Shown in pieces: positions 62,082 through 64,000 of a stretch of 64,000 bases of DNA. Each line of letters starts with the position of its first letter. Positions within the stretch are counted from its first letter, which is position 1. Origin of the DNA: Dudresnaya verticillata (taxonomy: Eukaryota); contig OZ374559.1 in assembly GCA_977862235.1 (NCBI GenBank), forward strand, positions 1,674,001-1,738,000. The letters run 5' to 3'. The notes under the pieces were generated by a model. That model saw only the letters and a program-made list of their open reading frames with translations. It made no database searches and was not told the DNA's origin. The position numbers and the translations under genes are program-made.

Positions 62082-64000
62082 ACGGGTAGTGACTGTCCTT
62101 CTTCAGTAAGAAGCGCTCGCCGTTAACCAGCGTAAGCTTCTTGACCGCCGAGTTATAAATACTACCTGTTAAGCCAAGGGGCTTCTTGTGAATCTTCCAA
62201 GTAATGGAAGGCTGCTGCTAGTCAGTGTAGCTGGTATCGCGTTTCCATGTTAGACGGAGCAAGTTTTCTCGTGTCGCCCTAGATAGTGCGGTTTGATGTT
62301 CTGCTTATGGCGAAACAGAATAGAATGAAACCTGAGAAGTGTTGGACACGAGCGCCAAACAATATGGTTTGCTATTAATTGCTTTCAGGAAAATAAGTAC
62401 AGCTGCACCAAGAAAGTGCTGCAAATATGTGCTTTGTATGTGTTCACGACACACTGCTTCGCACGATCTGCAAAACGCTTGCAGAGTGTTGGAGTACAGC
62501 AAGAACATGAAGCATACTCGCAGGGTACAACAGTTGACAGCCTTGCACACAAGCCGGCATCACCCATCAGCAAGTTGTCTTCTGGGCACAGGGGGAGGCC
62601 TCTTAGTGTGCAACTGGGAATTGTGCAACAGGACGCTCAGAAGCGTGAGTGCTTTCTGAGTGTTATGTGAAACTGTGTTCCGAGAGGAGTCACAGTCTTT
62701 GATGACGCCTTGTACAGGAAAATAAAACTATCTCGACTGAACCGCCTGTTTCATCAGCCTATACGGAGATTGCACATGGTGGGCTACATTCACATATATT
62801 TTCATTCATATGCTTCATAACTTGAGACGCTGGAGTCAGATCCTATGAAGGGCGGACCGTTGGGTACTCTTTGACGCATAAGCCCATTGTAAGCCTCTTT
62901 TACATTCTGCGTTTGTTTGAATAAAATGCTTCTCTGATAATATCTGTGTGGTCGGAATATTTCAACGTCTGGGATAGGTCAGGTCTACAGCTTGTTTGAG
63001 TTAAGGCTGAGTGATTGATGATTACAATCGATATCCAGGGTTTAATCCTTTGTTTTCATGCCTCAATACTGACGCTTGCAGACAATAAACAAACATTGTT
63101 TGTTACTAGATTTGTGTAATAGAGCAGAAGCATTGTTATGTACGCGACTGCCTCCAACGTTTTCTAGAGCATAAAACACCTTTCTGCCTCTTCTATGTAC
63201 AAAAAATGAATCGAGTTGGATTGAAGATTACTGTATGTCAACTATAGAATTGCATAACGCAGTATGGAACACTAAGTACAACACAGAACGATACTTGTAC
63301 GTAATACGTTGAAAAAGATAGCTCAGATGCACAATTCCCTATACTACAACCCAGTTGCTGCATCAATGCTACAACAATTGTCCGATGTTATGAGTGTGAA
63401 CCCTCTCGCAATACTGTTGAAGTCTGCCTGCAGATACGTTCTGGACCCAAAATTTGAATAATGGTGCTTTTCCAATTGTAGACACTAGCGCATGTCTAAT
63501 TGCCGGGGTTGGTGTAGTTCTAGTTGTAGGGGCAGTAGGTTGCCGAGAATACCAGTAAGTTAGAAGATAGCATAAAGAGCAAGCTCAGAATACTTACTGG
63601 GAATAGCCTAGGTAAGCAACGCAACAAGTTGAACACATAGCTCCCGTACACCTTTCAACAAATTATGTACAGTATGGGACGCTAATAACACCGTCGATAT
63701 TGAAAGAGGGTCTCCTGTTCAAGGCTGCAACCTCGCAACCTATTTCGGAAAACAGTAAGCAGTCTGCTTAAGCCTCAATAGTTTCGGGACATCATCGTAA
63801 GCAGTCTCTACTGTATGAAAGGAAGGTCCAACGATCTGTGTCATTACAAGCATCAACTATCACCATTCGTAGACTGAAAGGCGATTTGAATCGAATAGGA
63901 GGTGTCCAAAAATGAGAACATGCACGGGCCATCGACCTCGAGCCGCGCACAAGGTCATCCGTCAATACGATCAGACGAGGGTGTGCTTGCTCGTAGACGT

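Noticed and set aside
62200..64000. AT-richer tail of the window
   Set aside because: No ORF or motif I could identify; possibly decayed TE, left unannotated

Overview
Eukaryotic nested-transposon cluster with no intact host gene. The intron-poor, GC-rich character is reminiscent of red-algal repeat regions, but this is inference only. Left to right: (1) the 3' half of chromodomain Ty3/Gypsy element A (+), inserted in an APE-type LINE; (2) complete Gypsy element B (12939-26765, minus, ~99% identical LTRs, 5-bp TSD); (3) half of a pogo/Tigger transposon; (4) Gypsy element C (28215-55122, minus), whose RNase H is split by a 13.76-kb DNA transposon; (5) a DIRS-type tyrosine-recombinase retroelement containing a solo LTR; (6) RLE-type LINE fragments. 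The most striking object is the 13.76-kb element (35362-49118). It has a GTAT 4-bp TSD, ~0.8-1 kb TIRs and a Sola1-like DDD transposase. It also carries a divergently oriented ParB/Srx-domain + beta-class (DPPY) DNA amino-methyltransferase gene, and the two proteins share a ~100-aa domain. Shuffled host gene fragments (UTP20, SpoU/MRM1) lie between the two genes. All three Gypsy elements carry a conserved antisense ORF of unknown function. All assignments come from motif recognition by eye; no searches were run.
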